Source of the DNA: a virus
Taxonomy: Duplodnaviria > Caudoviricetes
DNA: 25,978 nucleotides
Strand: one strand, 5' to 3'
Virus record (IMG/VR): IMGVR_UViG_3300033569_000052
Span: 1 to 25,978 of that record
Both the position numbers and the translations under genes were made by a program. Each line of letters starts with the position of its first letter. The stretch's first letter is position 1. The notes under the pieces were generated by a model. That model was not told the DNA's origin. It ran no database searches and worked only from the letters and a program-made list of their open reading frames with translations. Positions 1-8,622 of this stretch are shown in pieces.

Positions 1-2290
1 TGATATTTGGATATACCGGCGGCCCGAAATTGGCGATGGTTTGAATAACACCCTGGGCACCGCTGATGACGGCCTGAACTATTTTTATCTTCTTCTCCCG
101 CTCAAAGGCTTTCTTCTTGATCTGCGCTGTCTCCCGATCGCGATCCCTTTCAATCTGCTTCGACTTATTGTTATAAGCCGTTTCGCTGATGATCTTCCGG
201 TCGTAAAGATTTTTGATGTTATCTTTTTCGGTATCTGCTGTACGGTTGATGGTTTCAATGCGGGCCTGGTCCTTTTGATTTTGGATCTCATTGATGGATG
301 ATAACAGGCCAAGGATCTGCTGGGCCGCATCAACAATGCTCTGGAACTCTTTCAGGTAATGCTCCTGCGTTACCTGGGCACGCATCAGGTCATACTTCTT
401 CCGGATGGCCGCTTTCTGCTTTTCGGTGAGCTCTGTATTGAGCAGTTCCTGCTGCTGCTCCAGGTCAAGTACATGCAACTGGGCCTTTAACCTTGCCTTC
501 CCGGTCGTGAGAGTAACATCGGCCGCGGCATCGGCCAGCATGCCTTTAATATCCTGTGGCAGGGCACCACCTACAAGGCCACCAAGGCCACCGGCGGCTG
601 CGCCTGCTCCACTGCCCGGCAAGTATTTATCCTGCAGGGCTTTCAGCTTTTGGAAATGGATCTCCTGCAGTTTAAAGAGCGCATCGTTGTATTGTTGCTG
701 GGTGAGTAGTTTTCTGTTAAGTCCTTCTTTGAGCTTTGCCAGATCCTTGTCGTAGCTTTCATTTACTTTTTTCAGCTCATAGAGCATTGGCGAAAGCACC
801 GATTTGTCATACTCATCGGCGTTCTGCTTCAGCATATCATCCAGTTCTTTCTGGAACTGCTTCATTTCCCTCAGCGCATCGGCCAATCGCTTTTTTGCGG
901 CGCTTTCATCTTCCTTATTGATGTCTTCATTGAGTTTTTTCTTACTGTCAAGAACAGTTTGGGAAACCACTTTCTCGGCTCCCTCCACAAGTCTCAGGTC
1001 TTCGATATATCGCTGGGTGAGTTGTAACTGGCGCTGCCGGTTATTCTTATCTGAGCTGGCCAGGAATGCGGCGATTTCTTCCTGCGTGGTCTTAAGGATG
1101 GATTTATAACTGCCCAGCAGCCTTTTTTGAGTATCAATATCCTTACTCGCCAGATCCGTTAATAAAGAAGATACCCGTTTATTAATATCCTGGCCAACGC
1201 CGGCAAGAAATTCATCTGCTTCCCCTCCCTTGGCTAAATTCCATATTCCCATTACCGCTTTTTTAGCGGAGTTGAAATAATCCCTTATGCCGTTGATGGC
1301 GCCGGCAAGAAAATCAAGCGCTGTTTGTAGTACCGGCAAAAGATTATTACCGATCTCTTCCTGCAGATCCTTTACATTTTGCTTGGTGGTGGCCAATGAT
1401 CCGGCATAGCTTTCGCTGAAGGTCTTCGCCGCTCCCTCCACTTTACCGGCCAGGTCGGTGGTAATGATGTTGAATCGCTCTGTTTCATTGCCCGCTTCCT
1501 TTATATCGATACCGTATGTTTTCAGCGCCTTGGCATTGCCTTCCATGGCCCGCAGGATCGCGTCTGTTGCTTCTGGCAGGGATATGCGGCTCTTGGCGGC
1601 AAAGTCAATAATAATAGGCGCCAGCTTACTCATCTGCGCCTCTGTGAGCTTACCATAGGTTACCAGCTTCTCAAATACGCCAACCACATCATCGTTGTCC
1701 AGGTACCCCACACTCTTGGCAAGATCATCGGCCTGCTTGGTAAGCCGATCAAACGCATCGCTTCTGCCCGCATTATCCAGCGCATTGGCAAAGCGATCGG
1801 TAGCCTCCTGCGCCTGTATCGCTTCGTCAACGGCTCCCTTAAAAAAGCCAACAGCGGCGGCAATGCCCAGCACAGGCATAGCTTCTGCAAAAAGAGCTTT
1901 TAATCCCCCAGTCTCTTTTTTTACGCTACTTATGCTGGCGCCTACCCTGTCGAGTTCAGTACTGGCCTTTTGAAATTCCTTGAACTTGGCGGCGTACCCT
2001 GGGGCGTCTTCGCTCATGCGCTTAAGCTCATTACGCAGCCGGCTCACCGTGGTCTGCATCTGGTTGAAGCTGGGGCGCAGGCCCTTGTCGATCTGATCCT
2101 GCACCGCCTTGATGTCGTTCTGCACCTTGTTCAGCTTCGCTATCTCGCCAACCATGGCCTTACCGGCATCCTGCCCCTTCTTGATCTTGGCGGTAAGCAC
2201 ATCTGCATTCTTCTGCAGGTTCACCAGCGCCTCATTAGCACTGGCGTGGTTGATGTATATGCTGGCGGTTTTCCGGCTGAGATCGGCCAT
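1..2290 (-). CDS. Tail tape measure protein (3' end runs off the window)
   Basis: Absent from the ORF track, presumably because no stop is reached in the window. Manual translation from ATG 2290 gives MADLSRKTASIYINHASANEALVNLQK..., Ala/Lys/Glu-rich and helical. The same frame is still open at the window edge (...AQGVIQTIANFGPPVYPNI). More than 760 aa, downstream of tail genes. Confidence 0.85.
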   Translation of the reverse strand, partial: MADLSRKTASIYINHASANEALVNLQKNADVLTAKIKKGQDAGKAMVGEIAKLNKVQNDIKAVQDQIDKGLRPSFNQMQTTVSRLRNELKRMSEDAPGYAAKFKEFQKASTELDRVGASISSVKKETGGLKALFAEAMPVLGIAAAVGFFKGAVDEAIQAQEATDRFANALDNAGRSDAFDRLTKQADDLAKSVGYLDNDDVVGVFEKLVTYGKLTEAQMSKLAPIIIDFAAKSRISLPEATDAILRAMEGNAKALKTYGIDIKEAGNETERFNIITTDLAGKVEGAAKTFSESYAGSLATTKQNVKDLQEEIGNNLLPVLQTALDFLAGAINGIRDYFNSAKKAVMGIWNLAKGGEADEFLAGVGQDINKRVSSLLTDLASKDIDTQKRLLGSYKSILKTTQEEIAAFLASSDKNNRQRQLQLTQRYIEDLRLVEGAEKVVSQTVLDSKKKLNEDINKEDESAAKKRLADALREMKQFQKELDDMLKQNADEYDKSVLSPMLYELKKVNESYDKDLAKLKEGLNRKLLTQQQYNDALFKLQEIHFQKLKALQDKYLPGSGAGAAAGGLGGLVGGALPQDIKGMLADAAADVTLTTGKARLKAQLHVLDLEQQQELLNTELTEKQKAAIRKKYDLMRAQVTQEHYLKEFQSIVDAAQQILGLLSSINEIQNQKDQARIETINRTADTEKDNIKNLYDRKIISETAYNNKSKQIERDRDRETAQIKKKAFEREKKIKIVQAVISGAQGVIQTIANFGPPVYPNI

Positions 2291-2292
2291 GG

Positions 2293-2673
2293 TTACTTAA
2301 TTGTAAGGTTATTGATGACGAATGTGCAGTCGGCTTCAGCAACGATCTGCTGCAGCTCCGGCATATTGCGGTCCACGGGGTTGCTGTACCACCGTGCCGG
2401 CCGCCGGGTGGTTTGTCCTACCATGCTGATGGGCGTACCCTTGCCCACTCCCTTGTGCCGGAAAACGCCGCTACGGGGCATTCCGAAACTCAGTTTATCG
2501 ATCATGCCGGCCTTCTTTCGGTATTTGCGGGTAATGCTGTTGCTGAGTGCTTTGGGGCTGGGGCTTTTGGGGCGGTGTACAATGCCTAATGCGGAGATCT
2601 CGCTCTTGATGGCCGCGAATGTTTTATCATCCCAACTCAGTATCTTTTCGTTTTCGTAAGCGATATCTGCCAT
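2293..2673 (-). CDS. Putative neck/tail-completion protein (126 aa)
   Basis: Basic protein with FGMPRSGVFRHKGVGKG...RPARWY motif, directly upstream of the tape measure gene. Function inferred from position and resemblance only. Confidence 0.5.
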   Translation of the reverse strand: MADIAYENEKILSWDDKTFAAIKSEISALGIVHRPKSPSPKALSNSITRKYRKKAGMIDKLSFGMPRSGVFRHKGVGKGTPISMVGQTTRRPARWYSNPVDRNMPELQQIVAEADCTFVINNLTIK

Positions 2674-2677
2674 AATG

Positions 2678-2710
2678 AAAAAGGTGCCGCAGCTTGCGGC
2701 CGGGCACCTT
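2678..2710 (-). terminator. Rho-independent terminator/attenuator upstream of minor tail genes
   Basis: AAGGTGCC (2681-2688) pairs with GGCACCTT (2703-2710), ending in TTTTT on the minus strand. Confidence 0.65.
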
Positions 2711-2732
2711 GGTTTATCGGTTTGAAGAAGCC

Positions 2733-2981
2733 TTATTCTTTGGGCGGATCAACGGGCTTGTCAATCGGTTTAGCGGATTTCTTTTCTTCCACTGCTTTTC
2801 CCTGCGCTTTCTCTTTAATGAGATTGCTGCCACGCTCTACCATGCCTGCTGCCATTTCAACGGTGATCTTGCTCAGCGGCCCGTTGTAAGTACCGGGCTT
2901 CTGAATATGCTTATCGATGCTGATGAGCGCCTCATAACGGGCGTCCACATCGGGGTTGGTGAATTTGATCGGTTCTGCCAT
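2733..2981 (-). CDS. Hypothetical phage structural-module protein (82 aa)
   Basis: Co-oriented ORF after the tail tube gene, with a Lys/Pro-rich C-terminus. Confidence 0.7.
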   Translation of the reverse strand: MAEPIKFTNPDVDARYEALISIDKHIQKPGTYNGPLSKITVEMAAGMVERGSNLIKEKAQGKAVEEKKSAKPIDKPVDPPKE

Positions 2982-3009
2982 GATTGGTTATTGTTTTGAT
3001 GATGATGGC

Positions 3010-3555
3010 TTATGGTTTCAGGTCAACATCGCCGCTGTAGAAGAACTTCTTATCGCGGACGGTTACTTCCACCACGTATTCCTTCAATCCTTCAGCAGTG
3101 GTTTTACTGCCACCACTTACGGTTGCGGTTGGTGCCAGGCAATCATCGCCAAACTGCACATATTGGGTGGTGTTCTGGCAATCCTGGTCTTTTACCAGGA
3201 AGATGCAATCATCGTTCAGCATATCGCGGACCTGCTCCAGTGTGCTGGCATCATCGCCTAACAGGATGAATTTGCATTTGTGGTTCAGGCTCTTGGCGCC
3301 GTCTTCACCGGTGCTTTCAAAAGTGCTTTCAACGCTGTGTTTTTTGGTGGCCCAGCTTATCCAGCCGTCGGTCAGCGGATCGGTAAAAACGTGATCACCG
3401 GTGATGGTCACCTTATCGCCTGCGCCACTGGGCGCTCCGGTTGGGTGAGCCATGCTCTGGAAGGTATCAACGGGTGCAAACAGCACTATGTTCTTATAAC
3501 CGCCCTGCATGTTGGTTTGATCGGCCTTGGTGCGTGCACCATATACATTTGCCAT
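3010..3555 (-). CDS. Putative major tail (tube) protein (181 aa)
   Basis: Acidic and beta-rich (NMQGGYKNIVLFAP..., ESTGEDGAKSLNHKCKF..., YVQFGDDCLAP). Size and position between capsid and tape measure genes fit. Confidence 0.6.
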   Translation of the reverse strand: MANVYGARTKADQTNMQGGYKNIVLFAPVDTFQSMAHPTGAPSGAGDKVTITGDHVFTDPLTDGWISWATKKHSVESTFESTGEDGAKSLNHKCKFILLGDDASTLEQVRDMLNDDCIFLVKDQDCQNTTQYVQFGDDCLAPTATVSGGSKTTAEGLKEYVVEVTVRDKKFFYSGDVDLKP

Positions 3556-3588
3556 GGTTGAACTTTTTTTGGTTTGAGGTTATTATTG

Positions 3589-3957
3589 TTATGCGCCCTT
3601 GCGCTTGATGCCTCCGAATCCGATCTCCACCAGGTGTTTTAACAGGTCGGGATTGGTGAGTGCTTCGCTTGCCAGCACCCGCTTACCATCAAGATGAAAT
3701 GCCGGAACCGTAAACAGGTATTCTTCCTTCTCCACCTTAAAGCTTTTGGTGGGGATCTGCGGCTTTGGCTGCGGAACCGGGGCAATGGGTTTACCCGCCT
3801 TGGCGGTAGCTTCCAGTTGCTGCTCCAGTTCTTCCAGCTTCTCCTGCAGGCCCTCATTGGCGGTCATCGCGTCTTTGAGTTGCTGATCCTTTTCAAGCAA
3901 AGCCTCATTCGCGTCTTTCAATTTGTCCCGCAGTTCTTTTAATTCGTCTTTACTCAT
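3589..3957 (-). CDS. Hypothetical protein with N-terminal coiled coil (122 aa)
   Basis: Leu/Glu/Lys heptads over the first ~50 aa, a Pro-rich linker, then a small C-terminal domain. Follows the capsid gene. Confidence 0.75.
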   Translation of the reverse strand: MSKDELKELRDKLKDANEALLEKDQQLKDAMTANEGLQEKLEELEQQLEATAKAGKPIAPVPQPKPQIPTKSFKVEKEEYLFTVPAFHLDGKRVLASEALTNPDLLKHLVEIGFGGIKRKGA

Positions 3958-4002
3958 AATTGACTATAATCGGTCGAACAATTTCATGCTTGATATGGTA
4001 AG

Positions 4003-4023
4003 CACCCGGGGGTTAGCCGGGTG
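4003..4023. terminator. Stem-loop downstream of the major capsid gene
   Basis: CACCCGG-N7-CCGGGTG. The U-tract is poor on the coding (minus) strand, so it may be an mRNA-stabilising hairpin instead. Confidence 0.4.
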
Positions 4024-4031
4024 TGTTTTTC

Positions 4032-4937
4032 TTATGACTGGTCATTCACCATCAACAAATCCAGGTCGTTGATCTCGCAGCCTACGGGCATCATCAAACG
4101 GGTGTCGATGATGTTGTATCGCGGCGTAGGATACACAGATACCTGGTTGGTATCGGTACCGAATACCAGGTTGTTCTTAACCGTGGCGATCAGGCGGCCG
4201 CTGGTGCCCATCCAGGATACCGGGCGGAGAACAGCATTTTCGTTATCCAGCGGGTAGTCGCCCACTTCGTTGGGTCGGAAATTGATGTTGTTCAGCGTGC
4301 GGTAGTGCTGGGCGTATTTGCGGGCCGTTGCATAGCTGCAATACACGATGAAGCCCATTTCCTTCATCTTGATGGGGAAGCTGGCATCGTTGGTGAGCAG
4401 TTCCACTTTGGTAACTGCATTGGCATTGGTGAGGGCGCCGGTGGCCACAGCGGTAATGGTTGCCAGGGTGATCTCGGCGTCGATAATGGTGCCCCATCCA
4501 TTACATACATCTTCCGGGGCATCGCCTGCTCCATCGCGGATGCCGCTATAGATGGTGGAGGTGTTCAGGTGCTCCAGGAACTTCTCTGAAAGGAAGGCAA
4601 GGGCGCCTTCGTACATCATCTTGTCCTTCATCGCCGGGTCGGCCAGGTAGGTATTCCGGAAGTCTTCGAAATCGAAGGGGAAATCCCATTTGGCCATATA
4701 GGCGGTGAGGATGCGATCGCTGTAAACGGCTCCCTGGCTGTCCTTATCATCATTGGAGCGATAAGGGCGTGGCGCACCGCGGCTGCTGAGCTTGGTCAGC
4801 GACTGGGGCGCATTCACATTGGTACGGATCTGGATGCCCTGGTTGGCCAGGTTCCATTTCAGTAATGCCTGGGAAAAGATAGAACCGCCGAACTGCAAAA
4901 ACGCATCGGTGGTTATTTGGATGTCGGAAGATGCCAT
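4032..4937 (-). CDS. Putative major capsid protein (301 aa)
   Basis: Size and position downstream of the S49 protease/scaffold. C-terminal pattern (RLIATVKNNLVFGTD...IDTRLMMPVGCEI) resembles HK97-fold capsid ends. Confidence 0.7.
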   Translation of the reverse strand: MASSDIQITTDAFLQFGGSIFSQALLKWNLANQGIQIRTNVNAPQSLTKLSSRGAPRPYRSNDDKDSQGAVYSDRILTAYMAKWDFPFDFEDFRNTYLADPAMKDKMMYEGALAFLSEKFLEHLNTSTIYSGIRDGAGDAPEDVCNGWGTIIDAEITLATITAVATGALTNANAVTKVELLTNDASFPIKMKEMGFIVYCSYATARKYAQHYRTLNNINFRPNEVGDYPLDNENAVLRPVSWMGTSGRLIATVKNNLVFGTDTNQVSVYPTPRYNIIDTRLMMPVGCEINDLDLLMVNDQS

Positions 4938-4984
4938 GGCTTTATTTTTTTACTGTGGTTATGGTGATGAATTTTTTCAATGGG

Positions 4985-5404
4985 TTATCGGGCCTGTTTT
5001 CGGCCCAGCAGGTACGCCACCCAGGTACTCACCTGCGTTCCGGTTGTTGCGACGGCCACTTTGTAATATTTATAGGGCGTCTTGGTCAGGTACCAATAAT
5101 GACTGTTGGTGGTCTGGTTGGCGATCGTGAGGGTATCTGCGCCAATGGCCACATAGTTGGAGTTGTCAACGCTTCCATACAGTACCGCCGTTCCTGCGGG
5201 TGTGCCGCTTGTCTTGGTACCGATGACCTGGATGGTCATGATGTCGAAATTGTTGATCTCACCGCCCAGCGTGGCAATATGGGTTTGCGTTACCGCATTG
5301 GTATTGGTATTGCTGCTGGCCGTCATGGTGAGCTGTGCATTGGTGGTTTGGGCCACAAACAGGCCGATGGCGAGGATGAGACAAAATGAAAGGATCTTTT
5401 TCAT
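4985..5404 (-). CDS. Signal-peptide-bearing beta-rich protein in the head module (139 aa); possible decoration protein
   Basis: MKK + hydrophobic core + TNA|Q cleavage motif. Mature part is Thr-rich with alternating beta patterns. Lies between protease and capsid genes. Confidence 0.7.
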   Translation of the reverse strand: MKKILSFCLILAIGLFVAQTTNAQLTMTASSNTNTNAVTQTHIATLGGEINNFDIMTIQVIGTKTSGTPAGTAVLYGSVDNSNYVAIGADTLTIANQTTNSHYWYLTKTPYKYYKVAVATTGTQVSTWVAYLLGRKQAR

Positions 5405-5435
5405 GGTTTTATAGTTGTGTTTTTTATGAATGGGT

Positions 5436-6695
5436 TTAATTGAACTGCGCCTTCATTTTTTGTTTTTGGTGATCAGCGCTGGTCATGAATTTTGCTTTGG
5501 GATCGAGTACCGGGTCGGCGCCTGCCGCAGGATCCGGGGCCACGTTGGCCGGCTTGCCACCCATCTTCACCACCTGCGCTGTAAGGGCGGTGATCTGCGC
5601 CTGCAGGCCGGCATTGGTTTCCTGCTCAGTGGTAACAGTAGCCTGTAACTGGTTCATGCCGTTATTGGCTTCGGCCAGTTGGCTGGTCAGCTCTTCAACC
5701 TGGGCCTGCTGTGTTGCGGCATTTGTTTGCGCTGTTACCAGGGTGGCTTCAATGCTGTTCAGGTGTTCTTCGGTGAGAGCAAACCCGGTATTATCCACCA
5801 GTTCAAAAGCATCTGCCTTTGCGGCGGTAAGGGTATTGGGGAAAGCGGTTGCGGTGGTCTCCATCTTTTTTTGTTTTGCGGTTGCCAGGGATTTGGCGCG
5901 TTTTATCGCGGTGTCCAGGCTTCCTATTTTATCAACAAGGCCATGCTTGATGCCCTCTTTTGCCATGTAAACTTTTCCGGTCAGCACATTTTCTTTGTTC
6001 AGATCGATCTTCCCGGCCCGGTTCGCCTGCACGCTGCTGGTGAAGGAATCATTCACAGGGTCGAGCATCGAAGTGATCAGTTCAGTATAATTGCCGCTTT
6101 CGCTGGCATTGCTGAACATCCGGTTCTTATCGGTGCTTTGCGTGGCATAAGCCGTATGTATCTTAATACCGCGTTGCTTGTAGGCTTCCGTAAAGTCGGC
6201 CCACTGGATCATGGTACCAATGCTGCCTACCATATCATGAGCAGTGGAAGCGATCACTTCGCTTGCGCTGCTGCCGATCCAAAGGGCGGCGCTGGCCATC
6301 ATGCCATCCACAAATGCAACCACCGGTTTGGTACTGGCTTTAATGGCATCGGCAAAAACCTTGGTGCCGTCAACTGATCCGCCGGGGCTATCGATCTGTA
6401 AAACGATCGCTTCCACATTGGGATCATTGATAGCCTGGTTCAGACTTTCTACCATATTGCTGGTACCGGGGGCGCCGCAGTTCTCATACTTCATCAGCGG
6501 ACCATTAACCGGTAAAACAAATACCCCGTTTTTTGTATAGGGTACGGCTTCAGGATTTGCCCAGTTGCCAACGGGTTCTGCTACCGAAGCAGGATGATGT
6601 AAAAGATCTAATGCGATCAATGCCCAGCGATGGGCGGCTTCAGGTTCAATCAGCCAGGGCTGGTTAATAGCCTGTATGAGCTTTCGGTTGATCAC
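5436..6695 (-). CDS. S49 (SppA-like) prohead protease fused to a coiled-coil scaffold region
   Basis: Motifs IDSPGGSV, GMMASAALWIGS, VGSIG and GLVDKIGS, plus a C-terminal Gln/Ala/Thr coiled coil. Start reassigned to GTG 6695 (MINRKLIQAINQPWLI) from the promoter geometry. Confidence 0.9.
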   Translation of the reverse strand: MINRKLIQAINQPWLIEPEAAHRWALIALDLLHHPASVAEPVGNWANPEAVPYTKNGVFVLPVNGPLMKYENCGAPGTSNMVESLNQAINDPNVEAIVLQIDSPGGSVDGTKVFADAIKASTKPVVAFVDGMMASAALWIGSSASEVIASTAHDMVGSIGTMIQWADFTEAYKQRGIKIHTAYATQSTDKNRMFSNASESGNYTELITSMLDPVNDSFTSSVQANRAGKIDLNKENVLTGKVYMAKEGIKHGLVDKIGSLDTAIKRAKSLATAKQKKMETTATAFPNTLTAAKADAFELVDNTGFALTEEHLNSIEATLVTAQTNAATQQAQVEELTSQLAEANNGMNQLQATVTTEQETNAGLQAQITALTAQVVKMGGKPANVAPDPAAGADPVLDPKAKFMTSADHQKQKMKAQFN

Positions 6696-6699
6696 GATA

Positions 6700-6742
6700 C
6701 AAACATATTTTGATACATCCGGAGCAGAAAGGGCAAGAAAAG
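6700..6742 (-). promoter_or_regulatory. Putative late promoter of the head operon
   Basis: CTTTTCTTGCCCTT-N21-TATGTTTG-N4-GTG. The -7 box fits TAnnTTTG. The same 14-mer occurs at the same spacing before 11810. Confidence 0.65.
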
Positions 6743-6750
6743 CAGCAAAC

Positions 6751-6772
6751 AAAAAACCCCGTGAAAACGGGG
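6751..6772 (-). terminator. Rho-independent terminator
   Basis: Minus strand reads CCCCGT-TTTC-ACGGGG-TTTTTT, just after the stop at 6777. Confidence 0.8.
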
Positions 6773-6776
6773 CCTG

Positions 6777-7046
6777 TCAATCGTAAGAAGGATCGGGGAA
6801 GAATTCATCGCGGGATGGTGGAGCATTCAAGCGTTTTACTTTTTTTCGCTCCCATGCGTTTAGTGATGCGTACCAGGCGCTGACCGTTGCTTCTGTTTCT
6901 CCCAGCCGGAAGAAAGCTTTCATGGAATTCATTTGCGGGAAGGTGAGCTGATAAGTTATGCCCGCTTCGGTAGATTCATACAAACCCGAAACGGTATTGA
7001 ATTTTATCCGGATGGTAGATGGAAGCGATCGGCGCGGCCTTGGCAT
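6777..7046 (-). CDS. Stand-alone hypothetical protein (moron-like, ~89 aa)
   Basis: ATG 7046 (MPRPRRSLPSTIRIKFN) lies 4 nt after a TATATTTG box. The gene has its own terminator. Confidence 0.6.
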   Translation of the reverse strand: MPRPRRSLPSTIRIKFNTVSGLYESTEAGITYQLTFPQMNSMKAFFRLGETEATVSAWYASLNAWERKKVKRLNAPPSRDEFFPDPSYD

Positions 7047-7050
7047 ACTG

Positions 7051-7089
7051 CAAATATAGAGCCCCATAGAAATGGGGCTCGCAATCAAA
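7051..7089 (-). promoter_or_regulatory. Bacteroidota sigma-A-type promoter with a palindrome in the spacer
   Basis: TATATTTG (7058-7051), palindrome GAGCCCCA-N6-TGGGGCTC (7059-7080), and TTG/TTTG just upstream. Confidence 0.55.
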
Positions 7090-7150
7090 ACGTAATTTAA
7101 TCTACCGGTGCTGCTTGAATGGTGTAAACCAAGCGCCGGGAGACCCGACC

Positions 7151-7705
7151 TTATGAATTTTTTAGACCTTCGAGGAACTTGGCATAATACCCGGCGATGT
7201 CTTGCGCCCGATCCATCCCGTTTACGATCCTGCGGGCATTCACCGGGTCATTGCCCTGCGCATTGAAATACTGGCTCAGCTTGCGCCCCGTATAAAGCCC
7301 TGTGGTCATTGAGAAGATGCTGGCCCAGGCAGAGGGTTCCGACTGCAGCATAAGCTCCGGGTGATTCAGGAAATCCCAGCCGCGGTTATTGGCCTGAGAT
7401 AGCTTCTCGTAGTTATCATACCAGGTATTCTGCGTGAAACCCCTGCCATAGAAAATGTGATCCGGTTCTGTATAGGCTTCTCCATTCATCTTTACCTTTC
7501 CTCCGTACCGGCGGCCCTTTCCCTTTCCGTATTCTTCAATGGGCTGCATGGTTCGGGCTGTTTCATGATAGGCAGTGGCCAATACATAGGCGAGTGCTTC
7601 AGGTGATAGCGCGGATCCGGCAGTGATCAGGGTATGGATCCCTTCCGTTTGGGAATCGCTGATCTTGCCCCGGAAAAGGCTGTCATTGATTAGCTGTAAA
7701 TTCAT
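7151..7705 (-). CDS. Endolysin, glycoside hydrolase family 19 (chitinase/lysozyme-like)
   Basis: AYVLATAYHET...PIEEYG, YGRGFTQNTWYDNY and ARRIVNG motifs typical of GH19 phage lysins. Confidence 0.85.
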   Translation of the reverse strand: MNLQLINDSLFRGKISDSQTEGIHTLITAGSALSPEALAYVLATAYHETARTMQPIEEYGKGKGRRYGGKVKMNGEAYTEPDHIFYGRGFTQNTWYDNYEKLSQANNRGWDFLNHPELMLQSEPSAWASIFSMTTGLYTGRKLSQYFNAQGNDPVNARRIVNGMDRAQDIAGYYAKFLEGLKNS

Positions 7706-7708
7706 GGG

Positions 7709-7972
7709 CTACAGTTTGGGTAACTCAATGCCGTTTGCGGCTGCGCTGGTAACAATGGCATCTTTTACGGCGTTCACAACCATGTCATCCAAGGGTGTTT
7801 TTGATTTCTCAGCCAGTGATGCCATACCAACGGCGAATGAATAACCACCGAGAAGAACGGATTTGTATTTCGCCTGGTCGGTGTCGTGCAGCTTTTGCAG
7901 TACTTCAATCAGTTTGCTTTCGCCAATACTTTCAATGGATGCGGAAAGCAACGCAATTAATGTTTCTTTCAT
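7709..7972 (-). CDS. Small helical protein in the lysis cassette (87 aa)
   Basis: Start reassigned to ATG 7972 (MKETLIALL). Amphipathic helices with a KSKTPLDDMVV motif; stop 3 nt before the endolysin start. Confidence 0.7.
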   Translation of the reverse strand: MKETLIALLSASIESIGESKLIEVLQKLHDTDQAKYKSVLLGGYSFAVGMASLAEKSKTPLDDMVVNAVKDAIVTSAAANGIELPKL

Positions 7973-7988
7973 ATCATTTGTTTTAAGA

Positions 7989-8066
7989 TTACGAGAAGAA
8001 TAGCCATGACAGGAAAAGGACAATTACGATTATCCAAAAAGCATCCACTATCGGTTTAGGCTTCAT
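7989..8066 (-). CDS. 25-aa single-TM peptide (not in ORF track)
   Basis: MKPKPIVDAFWIIVIVLFLSWLFFS*. Its ATG overlaps the upstream TGA (ATGA coupling). Confidence 0.5.
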   Translation of the reverse strand: MKPKPIVDAFWIIVIVLFLSWLFFS

Positions 8067-8335
8067 TTGTTATTCAATTCTTGATCCTTTGGGGCAGACG
8101 GCGTAATACTCACTGATCCGCCATCATTCACTCCGAACATTTTTGCGATAACCCCAGTTACCAGGATGCCAACTCCGCATACTGTGGTAAACTGCGCCTC
8201 TGTCATGTGCATCATACCTGCCAGTGTGCTCTGAAATGGAATAAGCCCGGCAAAGAGCGTTATCATCCCGTCCCTGAAGTTCTTTATGATCTTAGGGATT
8301 TCGCTTCTCCAACTTATTGTGATAGGCATGACCAT
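8063..8335 (-). CDS. Putative holin (2 hydrophobic segments, 90 aa)
   Basis: Two hydrophobic stretches and a polar C-terminal tail, upstream of the endolysin. Confidence 0.6.
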   Translation of the reverse strand: MVMPITISWRSEIPKIIKNFRDGMITLFAGLIPFQSTLAGMMHMTEAQFTTVCGVGILVTGVIAKMFGVNDGGSVSITPSAPKDQELNNK

Positions 8336-8352
8336 TAGTTTTAAATGATGAA

Positions 8353-8622
8353 TTATTGTTTGCGCCTTTTCTGCTCCGGGAGAATAGCCTCCAGCACGGA
8401 GAGCCGGGTCTCATGCCCGGAGGTGGTACTCTTTGTTTCCCTTGCTCCAATTTCAAGTGACATGATAGAAGCGTCCTGTCCGTTATCCCTTACCTGTGTG
8501 CGTTCTATGTACCCGTAAATGCCTACCTGAAACTTAATGCAGGCTATAAGCAGCCCGGTAATCACAGGGAAGAAAACCCCCTGCATCCATAGCGTGATCT
8601 TGTTTTGCTTCTGCGTGGTCAT
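8353..8622 (-). CDS. Single-TM lysis-cassette membrane protein (89 aa; holin/antiholin-like)
   Basis: N-terminal TM segment, C-terminal HETRLSVLE coiled-coil motif and basic tail. Confidence 0.6.
   Translation of the reverse strand: MTTQKQNKITLWMQGVFFPVITGLLIACIKFQVGIYGYIERTQVRDNGQDASIMSLEIGARETKSTTSGHETRLSVLEAILPEQKRRKQ

Noticed and set aside
2293-2981. Tail assembly chaperone pair with a programmed -1 frameshift
   Set aside because: The two ORFs are separated by a terminator-like hairpin, and I found no convincing slippery site joining them.
7101-7143. Imperfect hairpin after the endolysin (CCGGTGCT...AGCGCCGG) as an ncRNA
   Set aside because: Short and imperfect, with no family resemblance; at most a 3' stabilising or terminating structure.
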